This document shows, one piece after another, positions 1 through 10,100 of a stretch of DNA of 57,512 nt (position 1 is the stretch's first letter; every line of letters begins with the position of its first letter). Where the stretch lies: the IMG/VR virus record IMGVR_UViG_3300037225_000305; one strand, 5' to 3'. This stretch comes from a virus. Below the pieces are notes generated by a model. That model saw nothing but the letters and a program-made list of their open reading frames with translations. It ran no database searches and had not been told where the DNA came from. A program made the position numbers and the translations under genes.

Positions 1-127
1 CCATCGGTCTTAATTGTCAAGGTCTTATTCCTCTCCGAGGCGGGCTCAATCCACTGCACGCCACCCGCCGCCAGCCCTCGGTTGAAGTTCACAACGAGTT
101 TACCTGTCCGTTTTTCCCGTGCAGCAG
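1..127. repeat. Terminal exact duplicate (copy 1) of 57386..57512; overlap signature of a circular or circularly permuted genome assembly
   Basis: Read base by base: 1-127 (ccatcggtcttaattgtcaagg...tttttcccgtgcagcag) is identical to the last 127 bases of the window. Confidence 0.95.
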
Positions 128-179
128 TCGCACGGATATCCTGTTCAGCGGCATTCGGGAGTGTCACGACGCGCTTCAT
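1..179 (-). CDS. Hypothetical 61-aa protein, N-terminal part (ORF runs off the window start; completed at 57379..57512)
   Basis: ATG at 179-177 overlaps the portal stop (ATGA). Hand translation MKRVVTLPNAAEQDIRATAAREKRTGKLVVNFNRGLAAGGVQWIEPASERNKTLTIKTDGA. Only the last 7 nt lie beyond position 1. Confidence 0.45.
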   Translation of the reverse strand, partial: MKRVVTLPNAAEQDIRATAAREKRTGKLVVNFNRGLAAGGVQWIEPASERNKTLTIKTD

Positions 180-2224
180 CGGCTTGTGGTGATTGTGCTG
201 CGCGTGCCGCCGTCCTTGGATTTAATCGCGGGTGGAGCGGAGTTGCTGTTCGGCCTGCCGCGCCCACCGCCGCCCTTTTCTGGAGCGCCCGCCTGCATGT
301 CTTCCGCGATGGCGTGCTTGAGTTCCTGTTCGACGGTCCACTTGTCCATCTCCGTCACAGGCGCTTCGCCGTTGCGCATCGGCGGCAATTCCCCGACGTT
401 CAGCCCGAGCCCCTTCATGACGGTGTGGTCGGAAATCATCAAGCCTGCTTTCTTGCCTTGCAGCAGTACGAGGTTGCGGCCGATGCGCGATACCTGCGCC
501 TGAGAGAACGGTTCGATCACATACGACAACTGATCGACCACCCACCGGATGCGCTCGAACGTGGCGAAGGCAGACGGCTGGCGCTTGTCCTCGCCGGGTA
601 GGTGCGAAGGGATGATGTTGCCGGGGTCGAAGTCGATGGACTCCTTCAGCGCCCCGTCTTCCCCGAGAACGTGGAAAACCTTGTCGGCCCCCCAGAATTG
701 CAACGCCATCGGGTAGAACAGTTGATCCAGTTGGCAGGTGACTTCCTCCCCACCACGGCAGATGTCTTGCACCACCGGGCCAGCCGATTCGAGGATCTTT
801 TCGATAGAATCGGAGCTCGGAATCTGCTTTGCCTTGGCAACCGCCATCAGGTCTTTCACGACGGAGAGTTTGTCGAGTTCGTCGTACAGCATCGTGATTA
901 CCTGAATGATCCACTGCGGCACGTCCCAGAACTGGACCGGGAGTAGCGGGGCAACCGGGTCTCCCATGCCGAGCGCACCCTGAATCGTCTGACCGGGGAT
1001 GCGCGTGTTGATTCGCGCCATCGCTGCCGGGTCGATCACGTTGGGGTCGTACTTCAGCGGCGGCTGGAGGCGCACGAGCACGCTGTCGATAATCGCCCGC
1101 CAAATCTGGTTGATGGCCTTCTGGATCTTCCAGGTGTCGTGGATGATGGAAATTCCGAGGTAGTCCCACGGCTGGTCGTCGAAGCGCAGCGGGACGAGCG
1201 GCACGCGCCCATGCAGGTACGGCGACGAACCGTCCTTCAGCACGCAGGTGTCGGTCCAGATGACGCGGCGGCGAAGCGGGAACAGTTTGCAGTCTTCCTC
1301 GGTCGCCGTCCGCATGATGGGATTTCCCCGAATGTCGCGCAGCCCGCTCGAAATCTGCTTGCCGACGAAGGGAACGGTGTATTCCCACGATGTGCCGGGG
1401 TCGCCCATCGGTATATCCCGCCCGGTATTGTTGATGGCGGGGTCCATGATGTACGTGGTGTACACGTCCACAATAGGCATCTCGTGGCCGATTGACCGCT
1501 GAGGGGTGGCCAGGACACCAAGAACCCCGTTCTGTTGCGCTGTGGGTCTCCGTACGCGGTCCCAGAGCCTACCCATCCAGCCTGAGAAAGAGCGGGTGGG
1601 CACGATGATGCTGGCGAACGCCGGGTAGTTCGCCATGACGATGTGTAGGGGAATGGGTTCGGCTATCGTGACCGCGTACGCTTTCTGGAGGTCGTTGTCC
1701 TCCGTCAGCATGACCGGGTAGACGCTGGCCGGTCCGCGCACCTTGACGGCAATTTCCCCGCGCCCCGGAGCGTAAAAGTTCGGGTCGTACCACGGCTCCA
1801 GATAGGAAGTTCCGAGGGCGCACGTCCACTGGCAGGCTTTCCGGTACTTGCGGTCCTGGAAGGTGGACATCCACCAGTGATTCTTCATCTTGTTGAGCCT
1901 GTCCACTGAACCGATCATTTCGCGGTTCTTGGTGACGGCCTGCCCCGTGGGCTTCAGGTTGGCGACGGTCGCCACCAGATTCCTGAAGTTCATCTTGATT
2001 CGATTGATCGACAACGTGGAGTAGCCCGCCAGTTTGCCGGGGGAATCGCCGCTGAGGATGTCGTAGGCGCGGGGGATCTCGTTCCAGGCCGCCTGCCCCT
2101 CCAGGAAGGACTTCCCCGCTTCCAGCAAGGCTTTCATGGACCCCAGAGTCGCGGTCTCCATGCCGTCCGCCCCGGAGAGCACCTTGAGGTAGTCGGGGGC
2201 TTGGTAGTTGTCTATCGTGGGCAT
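176..2224 (-). CDS. Putative portal protein (682 aa)
   Basis: Long ATG-initiated ORF in the same-strand block just downstream of terL; size typical of portals; coupled to flanking ORFs. Call is by synteny and size only. Confidence 0.55.
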   Translation of the reverse strand: MPTIDNYQAPDYLKVLSGADGMETATLGSMKALLEAGKSFLEGQAAWNEIPRAYDILSGDSPGKLAGYSTLSINRIKMNFRNLVATVANLKPTGQAVTKNREMIGSVDRLNKMKNHWWMSTFQDRKYRKACQWTCALGTSYLEPWYDPNFYAPGRGEIAVKVRGPASVYPVMLTEDNDLQKAYAVTIAEPIPLHIVMANYPAFASIIVPTRSFSGWMGRLWDRVRRPTAQQNGVLGVLATPQRSIGHEMPIVDVYTTYIMDPAINNTGRDIPMGDPGTSWEYTVPFVGKQISSGLRDIRGNPIMRTATEEDCKLFPLRRRVIWTDTCVLKDGSSPYLHGRVPLVPLRFDDQPWDYLGISIIHDTWKIQKAINQIWRAIIDSVLVRLQPPLKYDPNVIDPAAMARINTRIPGQTIQGALGMGDPVAPLLPVQFWDVPQWIIQVITMLYDELDKLSVVKDLMAVAKAKQIPSSDSIEKILESAGPVVQDICRGGEEVTCQLDQLFYPMALQFWGADKVFHVLGEDGALKESIDFDPGNIIPSHLPGEDKRQPSAFATFERIRWVVDQLSYVIEPFSQAQVSRIGRNLVLLQGKKAGLMISDHTVMKGLGLNVGELPPMRNGEAPVTEMDKWTVEQELKHAIAEDMQAGAPEKGGGGRGRPNSNSAPPAIKSKDGGTRSTITTSR

Positions 2225-2433
2225 GGCGTCTCCGGGTAAATCAGCGCCTCAGTGATTGACGTTCCGCCGTTGCATTCGACCTTCGCGTCTTTGATGGTCT
2301 GCATGAATAAAAGAAGCCGATTTTTACGGTCGGCTTCCGCCAACTCTTCCGCCCATGCTGCCTCTTCGACAGTGTTAATCGGTCTGCCGTAATACTCGGT
2401 CAACGTGATGCGGCTCATATTGTCGAGCATCAT
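2212..2433 (-). CDS. Hypothetical protein (73 aa)
   Basis: ATG 2433 overlaps the upstream stop (ATGA) and is preceded by GAGGAA; the 3' end overlaps the portal start by 13 nt; protein-like sequence MMLDNMSRITLTEYYGRPINTVEE... Confidence 0.5.
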   Translation of the reverse strand: MMLDNMSRITLTEYYGRPINTVEEAAWAEELAEADRKNRLLLFMQTIKDAKVECNGGTSITEALIYPETPCPR

Positions 2434-2981
2434 TTCCTCACCCTGTTCCCTTCGCGGTCCCTGCCGGGGTCGCGGTTGCTGGCATTGTACGACAACGCCT
2501 CGAACTCGAAATGGCCGCTGTACTTCGGCTTCGGTTTCGAATTGTTCTTGTCGATGCTGAATCTGGCGAAGTCGCGCATGTGCGGCTGCATGTGCGCCAT
2601 CCGGTCGCGCAACTGGGAGCGGTTGGTCGCCTGCACCGCTTCCATGCCCATCTCCTTGCCGATCTGGGTGCGCTCGAATTTCTCCGCTTCCTCGCGGTTT
2701 ATTGCCCTCTCGACGCCGCGAATCTCGAAAGCGTTGCGGAGTTCGACGCGGGTGTATTCGGCGGGCATCCGTGCGTCCGGTTGGGCAGGCACGGCGTACG
2801 TCCCGTCCCCACGCGCCCAAACCACAAGCGGCTGCGCGAGATGGTGGCGCGACACCGACGTGTAAATGCGGCTCGACGGCGCGGCGCACTCGGGGCAGGC
2901 TTGCGGTCTCTCGCACTCGGCCATCGAAGCGAAAGACTCGAATGTTCCGTGAGCGGCACAGACAAAATCATACAACGGCAT
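2430..2981 (-). CDS. FmdB-family-like zinc-ribbon protein (183 aa)
   Basis: N-terminus MPLYDFVCAAHGTFESFASMAECERPQACPECAA matches the MPxYxYxC...CPxC pattern of FmdB/CxxC_CxxC_SSSS zinc ribbons. Confidence 0.6.
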   Translation of the reverse strand: MPLYDFVCAAHGTFESFASMAECERPQACPECAAPSSRIYTSVSRHHLAQPLVVWARGDGTYAVPAQPDARMPAEYTRVELRNAFEIRGVERAINREEAEKFERTQIGKEMGMEAVQATNRSQLRDRMAHMQPHMRDFARFSIDKNNSKPKPKYSGHFEFEALSYNASNRDPGRDREGNRVRK

Positions 2982-3678
2982 ATAAAATGTCCTTTTTCCT
3001 CTTTAGGTAGATTGTAGCGCCGCCATACAAATAATCGGAGACCTTCTCGCATAGTAGGTTCCCGCTGTATTCAAGCGCAAAACATCCATGAGCCTTGCTG
3101 ATGCTTCCCCTGTCTCCAATGAAATCCTTGACGCTATCCAGGAATGCCCTAGTCCCCAGGAACGTCATGCGCTTTTGAGGTTTCCTGTTAACGTACCTTT
3201 TGATGGTGGCCGACCCATCCCCGTCAAAATATCCACGGATGAAGTGGCTAATGGCTACAGATGGGAGAACAGGGAATGTGAGAACTTTGCTTTTTCGAGC
3301 AACGCATCCCAAGTTCTCTAGGCGTTCGGTGATGTGGGATGCTGGAAGTTGAATCTGAAAAGAAAGAAACGGCCCAATCTTGGGGCTAATTGATGCGTTA
3401 GTTTTGATGTCTCTTTTGAACCGTTCCAAATGGGGACGGTCTTTTTCTGCCATGCTCAAATTGAAATATAAGCCACGCCCATGTTCATAAATGCACCCAT
3501 CGGCAAAAATGAAACCCAACCAGTATGCGGGATTCTGCCTAGTTAAATCGTCAAAAAACGAGACATTACAAGACACTACCTTTTGAGGAGAAAACTTCCC
3601 CTTCAACCACCGCTGTAGTGTGCATGGGTGAACTCCGCGTTGCTTTGCTAGTTTAGTCAGTACTTCCGCGGATGGCAT
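2968..3678 (-). CDS. Free-standing LAGLIDADG homing endonuclease (two-motif type) with N-terminal HTH
   Basis: Motifs YWLGFIFADGCI and FIRGYFDGDGS; ATG at 3678 lies 2 nt after the terL stop (the track start 3684 is TTG); the gene body is visibly AT-richer than its neighbours. Confidence 0.85.
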   Translation of the reverse strand: MPSAEVLTKLAKQRGVHPCTLQRWLKGKFSPQKVVSCNVSFFDDLTRQNPAYWLGFIFADGCIYEHGRGLYFNLSMAEKDRPHLERFKRDIKTNASISPKIGPFLSFQIQLPASHITERLENLGCVARKSKVLTFPVLPSVAISHFIRGYFDGDGSATIKRYVNRKPQKRMTFLGTRAFLDSVKDFIGDRGSISKAHGCFALEYSGNLLCEKVSDYLYGGATIYLKRKKDILYAVV

Positions 3679-3680
3679 CG

Positions 3681-5900
3681 TCAAAGCTCCAATCCATCTT
3701 CCTCCATTCCAGCGCCAGGGTGCAACGGTCCCTGGAAATACTCCCCCAACTTCGGCGTCCCGAGTTCCTGCATCTGCCGCACGGTGGGTCGAATCACCAT
3801 CGGTTCGTCGCCGGCCAGCATCTCCCGGTACGCCACCGGCCCGCCCTCGGCGCGGCGCTGCCGCAGGTATGATGTCGAGGCCACCTTCCCGGCAAATTCC
3901 AAAATGTGCAGCGAAAGGTAGATGATTCCCAACGCCATGAATCGGTCGTCATGCTGGCCCTGTTCGGCGCGCGCCATCTGAACGCCTTCGTCGCGGTGCA
4001 ACGCCGACATCTCGCGCACAAATTCAGGCGAGTTGATTTCCATGTCGCCGTCGCGGAGGGCCTTGATTAGGTAGTCCATCAACATCGGGCGTGACCACCT
4101 GTTTGTCACGAACCCGATGCGCGAAGCGTCCTTGTTCGAAATCTTCTTCCGGTCGTACCTGATCCACTGGTGGAAGTTATTCCACCCCAACTTGCGAAGT
4201 TCAAGCTGCGTGACCTCGCCGTTCAGTCCCGTCTCAATCGCAATCTTCGGTTGCCGGTTGCTCCCGTTCTGGTAGAACAGGCCGATGCAGTGGAGGATGG
4301 GTGCCAGGTCGTTCGCGTTGATGTACTCGCTGGCGTACTCTGCCGCCTGCTGATCGGAGTGTGTAAGCGTTCCCTTGCACAGCACCTCGACTACCGAACG
4401 GTCCTGCCCGATGCCGTCCCCGGTGTCCACCCCGAAGCCGTAATCTTCGCCTTGTTCCGGCCAGCGGAAGACCAGCAACTTCGCGCCCCAGTTCGACGTG
4501 GCCCACCCTTCCCACCGCAGCGGGACCATCTGGTACGGGCCGATATCGAGGATGGGTTTGTTCTTGTCGCGGTCGTGTTCTTCGGCCTGAAGGCGCGGCG
4601 GAATCATGCTGACCGGACCACGAAATCCGAAGACCCCCTTGGGTTCCTCGCACGATTGCGTGTAGTCGCTGATCGTCTCCACGTCAAACACGCTCTCGCC
4701 GGAAGCGCAGAATGACTCAATGTCGCTGGCGGCAAACTCGCGCTGGAACCGAGCGAGGATTTTCTTGTTCCGGTACTCTTCGCGGGTTACCTGCCAGAAC
4801 CACATTTGCTCTTTCGGCATCGCCCAGTTTTCGGGAAAGTACCGGCACAGTAGTTCGTTGGTTCTGACAAACTTTCGGGCGCTCTCCGCGTGGGCAACCG
4901 TGATGCCTTCCGGGTGCCAGTCGGTCAACTTCTCGCGGGCTTCCTCGCGGAGTTGTCGCGTGTCTACCTGACTGTTCAGCCGCAGAGATCGCTTGAGCCA
5001 CGTGTCGGTCGGGTAGAAGTCGGATGCCACGAACCACGGAAGGAACCCCGGCCTGAACTTTGCCTGCCCCTTCCAGTAGTATTTCTTGCAGTGGTTCCAC
5101 GTGTCATAAAGCCAGCCGAACGGACCTTCTCCCGTGCTCTCCAGAATTACAATCTTGCGGGCGCTCTCGTGGACGGCAGGGACCAATCCCGCGTCAATCA
5201 GGTCGGCGGCGTTTAAGTACGTGGCAACTTCGCTGAGGTGTACGACTGACGGCGTGTTGCCGCGCCCGATATCGTACTTCTGGCTTCCGTGCTGGAGAAC
5301 CAGTTTGGAATTGATGCCGCCGAACTCCATGCGGGTGCCGGCGCGGTCGGCGGTCATGGCGGGGACCAGCCAGAACGGAAGCGACTGATACAGCCGCTTG
5401 TACTTGTCCACCATGTCCCGAGATCGTTCCTTGTCGGACGACCCGGTGAGAGCAATCACGTTGTCGAAAAACAGGGTGCGGTGTCCGACAACCACCTGAC
5501 TGTCAGTTGTAATCCCGCACTGCCTTCCCTTGAGCCACATTTGCATGATGGCCCACCCGAGGTCTTCCTGTTCAGCACGGGCGTCGTTCACAATCAGTTG
5601 AGCGATGTTCGGGTTGTAGTGGATCTCTTCTTCATCGGCGTTTAGAATCTTGGCGTACCGGCTGGCGAAGTACAGGTAGTCGATTTTGCAGATAGCCCGC
5701 TCATTTCGAATCCACTGGACTTCATCTTCGCTGTACAGCAGAGGGACGTTCGGACCCACTGTGTCGATGTGACGGAACTGCTTGTCGGCGAAGTGTTCGA
5801 CGGCTTCGTCGCAGGCATCGACAGCGTGCCATATCGGTTCGTGACCGAGAGCCTTTTCCACCGCAGGAATCGCCAACTCGATACTGCGCTTGGAGTACAT
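3681..5900 (-). CDS. terL: Terminase large subunit (739 aa)
   Basis: Walker-A-like KGRQCGITT, Walker-B-like VVHLSE, C-terminal nuclease-like GVDTGDGIGQDRS; size and position beside the portal block. Confidence 0.8.
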   Translation of the reverse strand: MYSKRSIELAIPAVEKALGHEPIWHAVDACDEAVEHFADKQFRHIDTVGPNVPLLYSEDEVQWIRNERAICKIDYLYFASRYAKILNADEEEIHYNPNIAQLIVNDARAEQEDLGWAIMQMWLKGRQCGITTDSQVVVGHRTLFFDNVIALTGSSDKERSRDMVDKYKRLYQSLPFWLVPAMTADRAGTRMEFGGINSKLVLQHGSQKYDIGRGNTPSVVHLSEVATYLNAADLIDAGLVPAVHESARKIVILESTGEGPFGWLYDTWNHCKKYYWKGQAKFRPGFLPWFVASDFYPTDTWLKRSLRLNSQVDTRQLREEAREKLTDWHPEGITVAHAESARKFVRTNELLCRYFPENWAMPKEQMWFWQVTREEYRNKKILARFQREFAASDIESFCASGESVFDVETISDYTQSCEEPKGVFGFRGPVSMIPPRLQAEEHDRDKNKPILDIGPYQMVPLRWEGWATSNWGAKLLVFRWPEQGEDYGFGVDTGDGIGQDRSVVEVLCKGTLTHSDQQAAEYASEYINANDLAPILHCIGLFYQNGSNRQPKIAIETGLNGEVTQLELRKLGWNNFHQWIRYDRKKISNKDASRIGFVTNRWSRPMLMDYLIKALRDGDMEINSPEFVREMSALHRDEGVQMARAEQGQHDDRFMALGIIYLSLHILEFAGKVASTSYLRQRRAEGGPVAYREMLAGDEPMVIRPTVRQMQELGTPKLGEYFQGPLHPGAGMEEDGLEL

Positions 5901-5901
5901 G

Positions 5902-6543
5902 CTATGCCGATTTCTCCGCGATGGCGGGCAGTGTTCGCATGGCGGTGGACAGTTCCTTGATGCCAGCTTCGAATGCCGGGAGTTCGACCCCTCCGGGGTT
6001 GACTCCCTGCATGTCTGCCTTGGCTTGCGCGATGGCGGTGTTCGTGACGGGCACGTTGACGGTGAAGCCGCCCCCGGTCTTGTCGGTCTGCCGCGTGACT
6101 TCCATGAACAGGCGGCGGTCTGCGATGCCGTCCGGTTTCGACGCCTGGTTAGCCATCGCTATCGCCACCCGGCCAGCCTGCCGTGCCGCGACCGTGGCGA
6201 TGACAGTGCGCGTGATGTCGAAGCTGTAGCGGTGGAGGACGCGAGAAATGGCCCCGAAGCAGTCCGAGCGGTTTGTGCCCGATAGTTCGCAAATGCGTTC
6301 GAAGGAAGTAGCGGAAGCGCGGCGGGACTGAATCTCGAAGGTCTCGACGAACTTGCGCATGTCTTCCTCGCCCTTTAGGAGTTCGACGACGCGCCTGCGG
6401 GTGTCGGTCGGCTTCTCGCTGGGCTCCTGAATGAGTCCAACCATACTATCAAGGGAACCATCATACCGTGGCGCTATGTGGTCACCGAGCATCCCGAGCA
6501 CCTTGGAATCCTTGCCGATCACATTGGGGTCTTTCTTTGCCAT
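5902..6543 (-). CDS. Putative terminase small subunit (213 aa)
   Basis: Immediately upstream of terL (stop 5902, terL ATG 5900); AGGAGA RBS. Position-based call only. Confidence 0.4.
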   Translation of the reverse strand: MAKKDPNVIGKDSKVLGMLGDHIAPRYDGSLDSMVGLIQEPSEKPTDTRRRVVELLKGEEDMRKFVETFEIQSRRASATSFERICELSGTNRSDCFGAISRVLHRYSFDITRTVIATVAARQAGRVAIAMANQASKPDGIADRRLFMEVTRQTDKTGGGFTVNVPVTNTAIAQAKADMQGVNPGGVELPAFEAGIKELSTAMRTLPAIAEKSA

Positions 6544-6582
6544 GCCTTACTCTTCTCCTGCCTGTTGAATTTTGCAGGCATG

Positions 6583-6711
6583 TTACGAATAAAATACGTT
6601 GCCTACGGCGTGGGCAGTTTCGCCGCCTCCCCCGCTTGGTGGAGGCGTTATCTGTGCGTGGACAGCCGAGGCAAATGCTAAACACAGAGCAATGGACACC
6701 AAAATCTTCAT
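6583..6711 (-). CDS. 42-aa signal-peptide ORF resembling the N-terminus of the fibre-like protein 52062..53066 (possible gene fragment)
   Basis: Hand translation MKILVSIALCLAFASAVHAQITPPPSGGGGETAHAVGNVFYS; ATG overlaps the upstream stop (ATGA at 6708-6711); AQITPPPSGGGG is shared with 52062..53066. Confidence 0.35.
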   Translation of the reverse strand: MKILVSIALCLAFASAVHAQITPPPSGGGGETAHAVGNVFYS

Positions 6712-7043
6712 TTGAATCCTTCCCTTTTTAGAATACGTAAAACGGACCCCGGATTCCAGCGACCACGGCGGGCGGGGAACTTGGCGAGGTCGAGTTCCGC
6801 CACGATGTCGCGGATAGTTCGCTTCTCGCGGCGCATTCGGAGAATCAGGTCGAGTCCCATGCGTTCGTTCGGCAGGCTCCCGTAAGGCTTGCTGCCTTCG
6901 ACCCGGTTGTTGCGGCGATTCTCCTTGTAAGTCTTGATGGCGATGCGTTTCTTCTCCGCATCGTAGTCTACGATGGCGGTCAGCACCGCACCACGCACGG
7001 AATCAAGAACTCGGTCGAGGAAGACTTGTTGTGGTTCAACCAT
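6708..7043 (-). CDS. DNA-binding protein with recombinase-domain-like HTH (111 aa)
   Basis: C-terminus RTIRDIVAELDLAKFPARRGRWNPGSVLRILKREG resembles the IAxxLNxxGxxxxRGGxWxxxxVxxIL motif of serine-recombinase accessory domains. Confidence 0.45.
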   Translation of the reverse strand: MVEPQQVFLDRVLDSVRGAVLTAIVDYDAEKKRIAIKTYKENRRNNRVEGSKPYGSLPNERMGLDLILRMRREKRTIRDIVAELDLAKFPARRGRWNPGSVLRILKREGFK

Positions 7044-7115
7044 TTATTTGTAGGGCGGGCGGCTCATGGACGCCAATCCCTGGACCGCCCTCCCGCCTTA
7101 GCCCAAGCGGGAAAC

Positions 7116-10100
7116 TCAATTCCACTCGTCCCATACGTCAACTGCCAATCCAGATCCAGGAACACAATAATAGTACCAAGACGGAGGAACGATAAAACTA
7201 CCAGACAATGTAAGCCCCAACGTTGCCCCAACGCTTCCGGAACCTGCCCATGCGTTATATGTTGACCCAGGAGAAGTTGGTCCCATTGAGCACCCAATCC
7301 CTCCTAGCCATGACCCCGCATATCGTATGCTCATGCTCACAAATCGTGGGTTAGAGTTATTATTCTGATAGGTAACACCCAGCGCTCGTGTGGGCTGTGA
7401 AAATGATGAAGGTCCACATGCCGGACACCCTCCTGTCCCCACGGTCAGTTTGGCGAGATATGACCCGGAGGGGCTGTTATCCTGAATCCCATATCCGCTT
7501 GGCGTGTAGACGGCGAGCGTAGCCAGTGACCCATTCCGGTTAGCATCGATTACCGACGTACCCGCGACCTTATATCCCCCGATCAGATTGGCCGACCCAG
7601 CACCAGAAATGTTGCCGTTGCCATCCACTTGGAAGTTGTAAGGGCTCGCCGTCTGGAACGCGATGGCCGAGCCCACCGCGCTGGACTGGACGACGCCCGT
7701 TGATGTCACCGTACCAAAAGTAGCTGCTCCCGAAGAATTGATCGTCCCTGCTACATCCAATGTGTACGAAGGGCTCGCCGTCCCGATGCCGACGTTGCCG
7801 TTGGAACTAAGGCTCATTACTGTAACCTCGGTGGTTGGTCCCGCACTGTTAGCGAGCTTAATATCAAGACGTGTGTTGGCATCGCTAGTGCCGATGTTAT
7901 ACCTTCCAAGAGCAAAAGCAGCAGCCGTCGCCTGCGATACATTCGCCGTGCCAGGTCTCGTAAGAATCAGTTCCGTTTCACTGGTGTAATCTTGCGTGAT
8001 GGCAGACCCAGCAATTTCCACTTTGGCGTGAGGAATAGTCGTGCCGATGCCGACGTTACCGCCGTTGTAATAAACCGACGTGCCGCTTGTAAGCCACGGG
8101 GAAATGTTCTGCCACGTGGTCCCGTTATAGACTTTGGCTGTCCCTGATCCAGTATCGAAGTATTGTCCACCAGCGTGTATGGCATCGCCTGTGGTGAGTG
8201 CCGGGACTCCACTGCTATTTCCAGTCTGAATATAATTCTTCGCAGTGAAGGACAATGCTGCCATGCCTCCTACTAGGGTTCCGCCGAAATTGACGGGCTG
8301 AAAACAGTTATACTGTGCGCAAGCAATCGACACGAAACCCGCATCCGATTGAACAAACCCAGTGGAGACGGCAAGGCCAGCGTTCGCCGAACTCAGCGCA
8401 TTAACGGTCAACAGTTGCGTCGAGTTGTTCCAAGTGAAGTTGGAAGACCCCCCGAATGCGCCGGAGTTATTGAACTGGACTTGCGTGTTGGACCCACCAG
8501 GAGTTCCCCCGCCCCCGCCGAGCGCGGCATAGGCACCGCCGTTTTGTGAAACCAGCAACGTGTGCGTCGAGCTGCTCGCGTAGATGCGCGCCTGCCCCGC
8601 TGCCGAAAGTGCTGGCGCGGCCTCTTCGGCCAAGAACAGCGAGTCTCCAGCGTAGATCCACTTGCCTTCGACTCCACCATTCGGAGCCTGAACCGCGTTT
8701 ACCAAACTGCTGGGGGTCTCGAACCCTGAGTCGGACTGCACGTACCCGTTGGTCACGTTGATGCCCGCGATGGCAGACGGCGTGGTGACGTTCAAAAGCG
8801 TGGAAGCAGCCGTCCAAGTCAACGCGCTGGACCCTCCGAAAGACCCTGCGCTGTTGAACTGGATATTGGTACTCGCGCCACCTGGGGATGTCGCGCCACC
8901 TGTCGCCAGCGCAACGTACGCCGACCCATTCCAGATTTGCGGGTTTCCTGCCACTGTGTCCCAGTACAGCAGTCCGGGGTGCTGTGCATCCGATGTCGTC
9001 AGGGATGGAGCCCCCGCATGACTTCCGATCTGGATATAGTTGGCCGCCGTGAAGGACAGAGCCGCAGCACCCCCTGTTGGTGCCTGCACGCAGTTGTATT
9101 GTACACAGGTTCCAGGAGTGGCGATGAATCCCTGGTCGGCCTGCACGAAGCCGCTCCCTACAGCAATGCCTGCGACCGAAGAACTGAGCGCCTGTACCGT
9201 CAGAAGGTGAGTCCCAGAGTTGTAGTAGAAATATGTGTCGCCGCCGAGGGTGCCGGAGTTATTGAACTGCACAGAAGTGTTGACTCCGCCTGGGGTGCCG
9301 CCACCACCAAACGCAGAGTAGGCACCGCCGTTCTGGCTGATGAGCAAATGATGTGTGCTGCTGTCCGCATAGACCCGCGCTTGCCCTGCCGCCGACAGCG
9401 CGGGGGCAGTCTCTTCCGCCAAAAACAACGAGTCCGTACCGATCAGCCATTTCGCGGTTACGCCCCCATTTGGCGTCTGAATTGAATTGGTGTTGGTCCC
9501 GGTGGAGAGAAACCCCACCGTGGCTAGCGCGTACCCGGTAATCGTCAACTGTCCCGGCCCGTCGCTCCACGTCAGTTTGGCCGAACCGGCAAACGAACCG
9601 GAATCGTTGTACTGAATCTGCGTGTTCCCGCCTCCGGGAGTCCCTCCACCGCCGCCACCCGCGAAATCAACCGTGTTCCACGACCGCGACGTGTTGTTGA
9701 AGTACCAGAACTTCGAGCCCCCCTGGTACGCGAAGCCCCCGTAACAATTTGCAATCGACTCGATCTGGACACATGAGGCAGACGGCGTATTCAGCCCCGT
9801 GGATGTCGCGTGCGCTTGAAGGTAGATGCCTTGGTCCAGCGTCTCCCCCAGCCGGATGTAGGACCCGCCGAGCAACGACTGGATGCTGTTGTACCCGCTG
9901 TTGTCGGTCGCAAACCCGCCACGAGCAAAGATGTAGGTGCTGGAGTTCAGCCCCCAAAAATTATCCACGTACCCAGGCAACGGCTGACCGCAACTCCCGT
10001 TCAAAGGCATCGAAGGCGATGTCCCTACCCACAACACGGTGTCGTGTGGACCGAACGTCCCTCCCGTCACAGGCAAGGGCTGCTGGACCGGGTTTCCCCA

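Noticed and set aside
1-127. Terminal repeats as LTR, IS or transposon ends
   Set aside because: The repeats are direct, lie exactly at the window edges, and an ORF and operon continue across them. There is no transposase and no target-site duplication. Circular-assembly overlap explains them.
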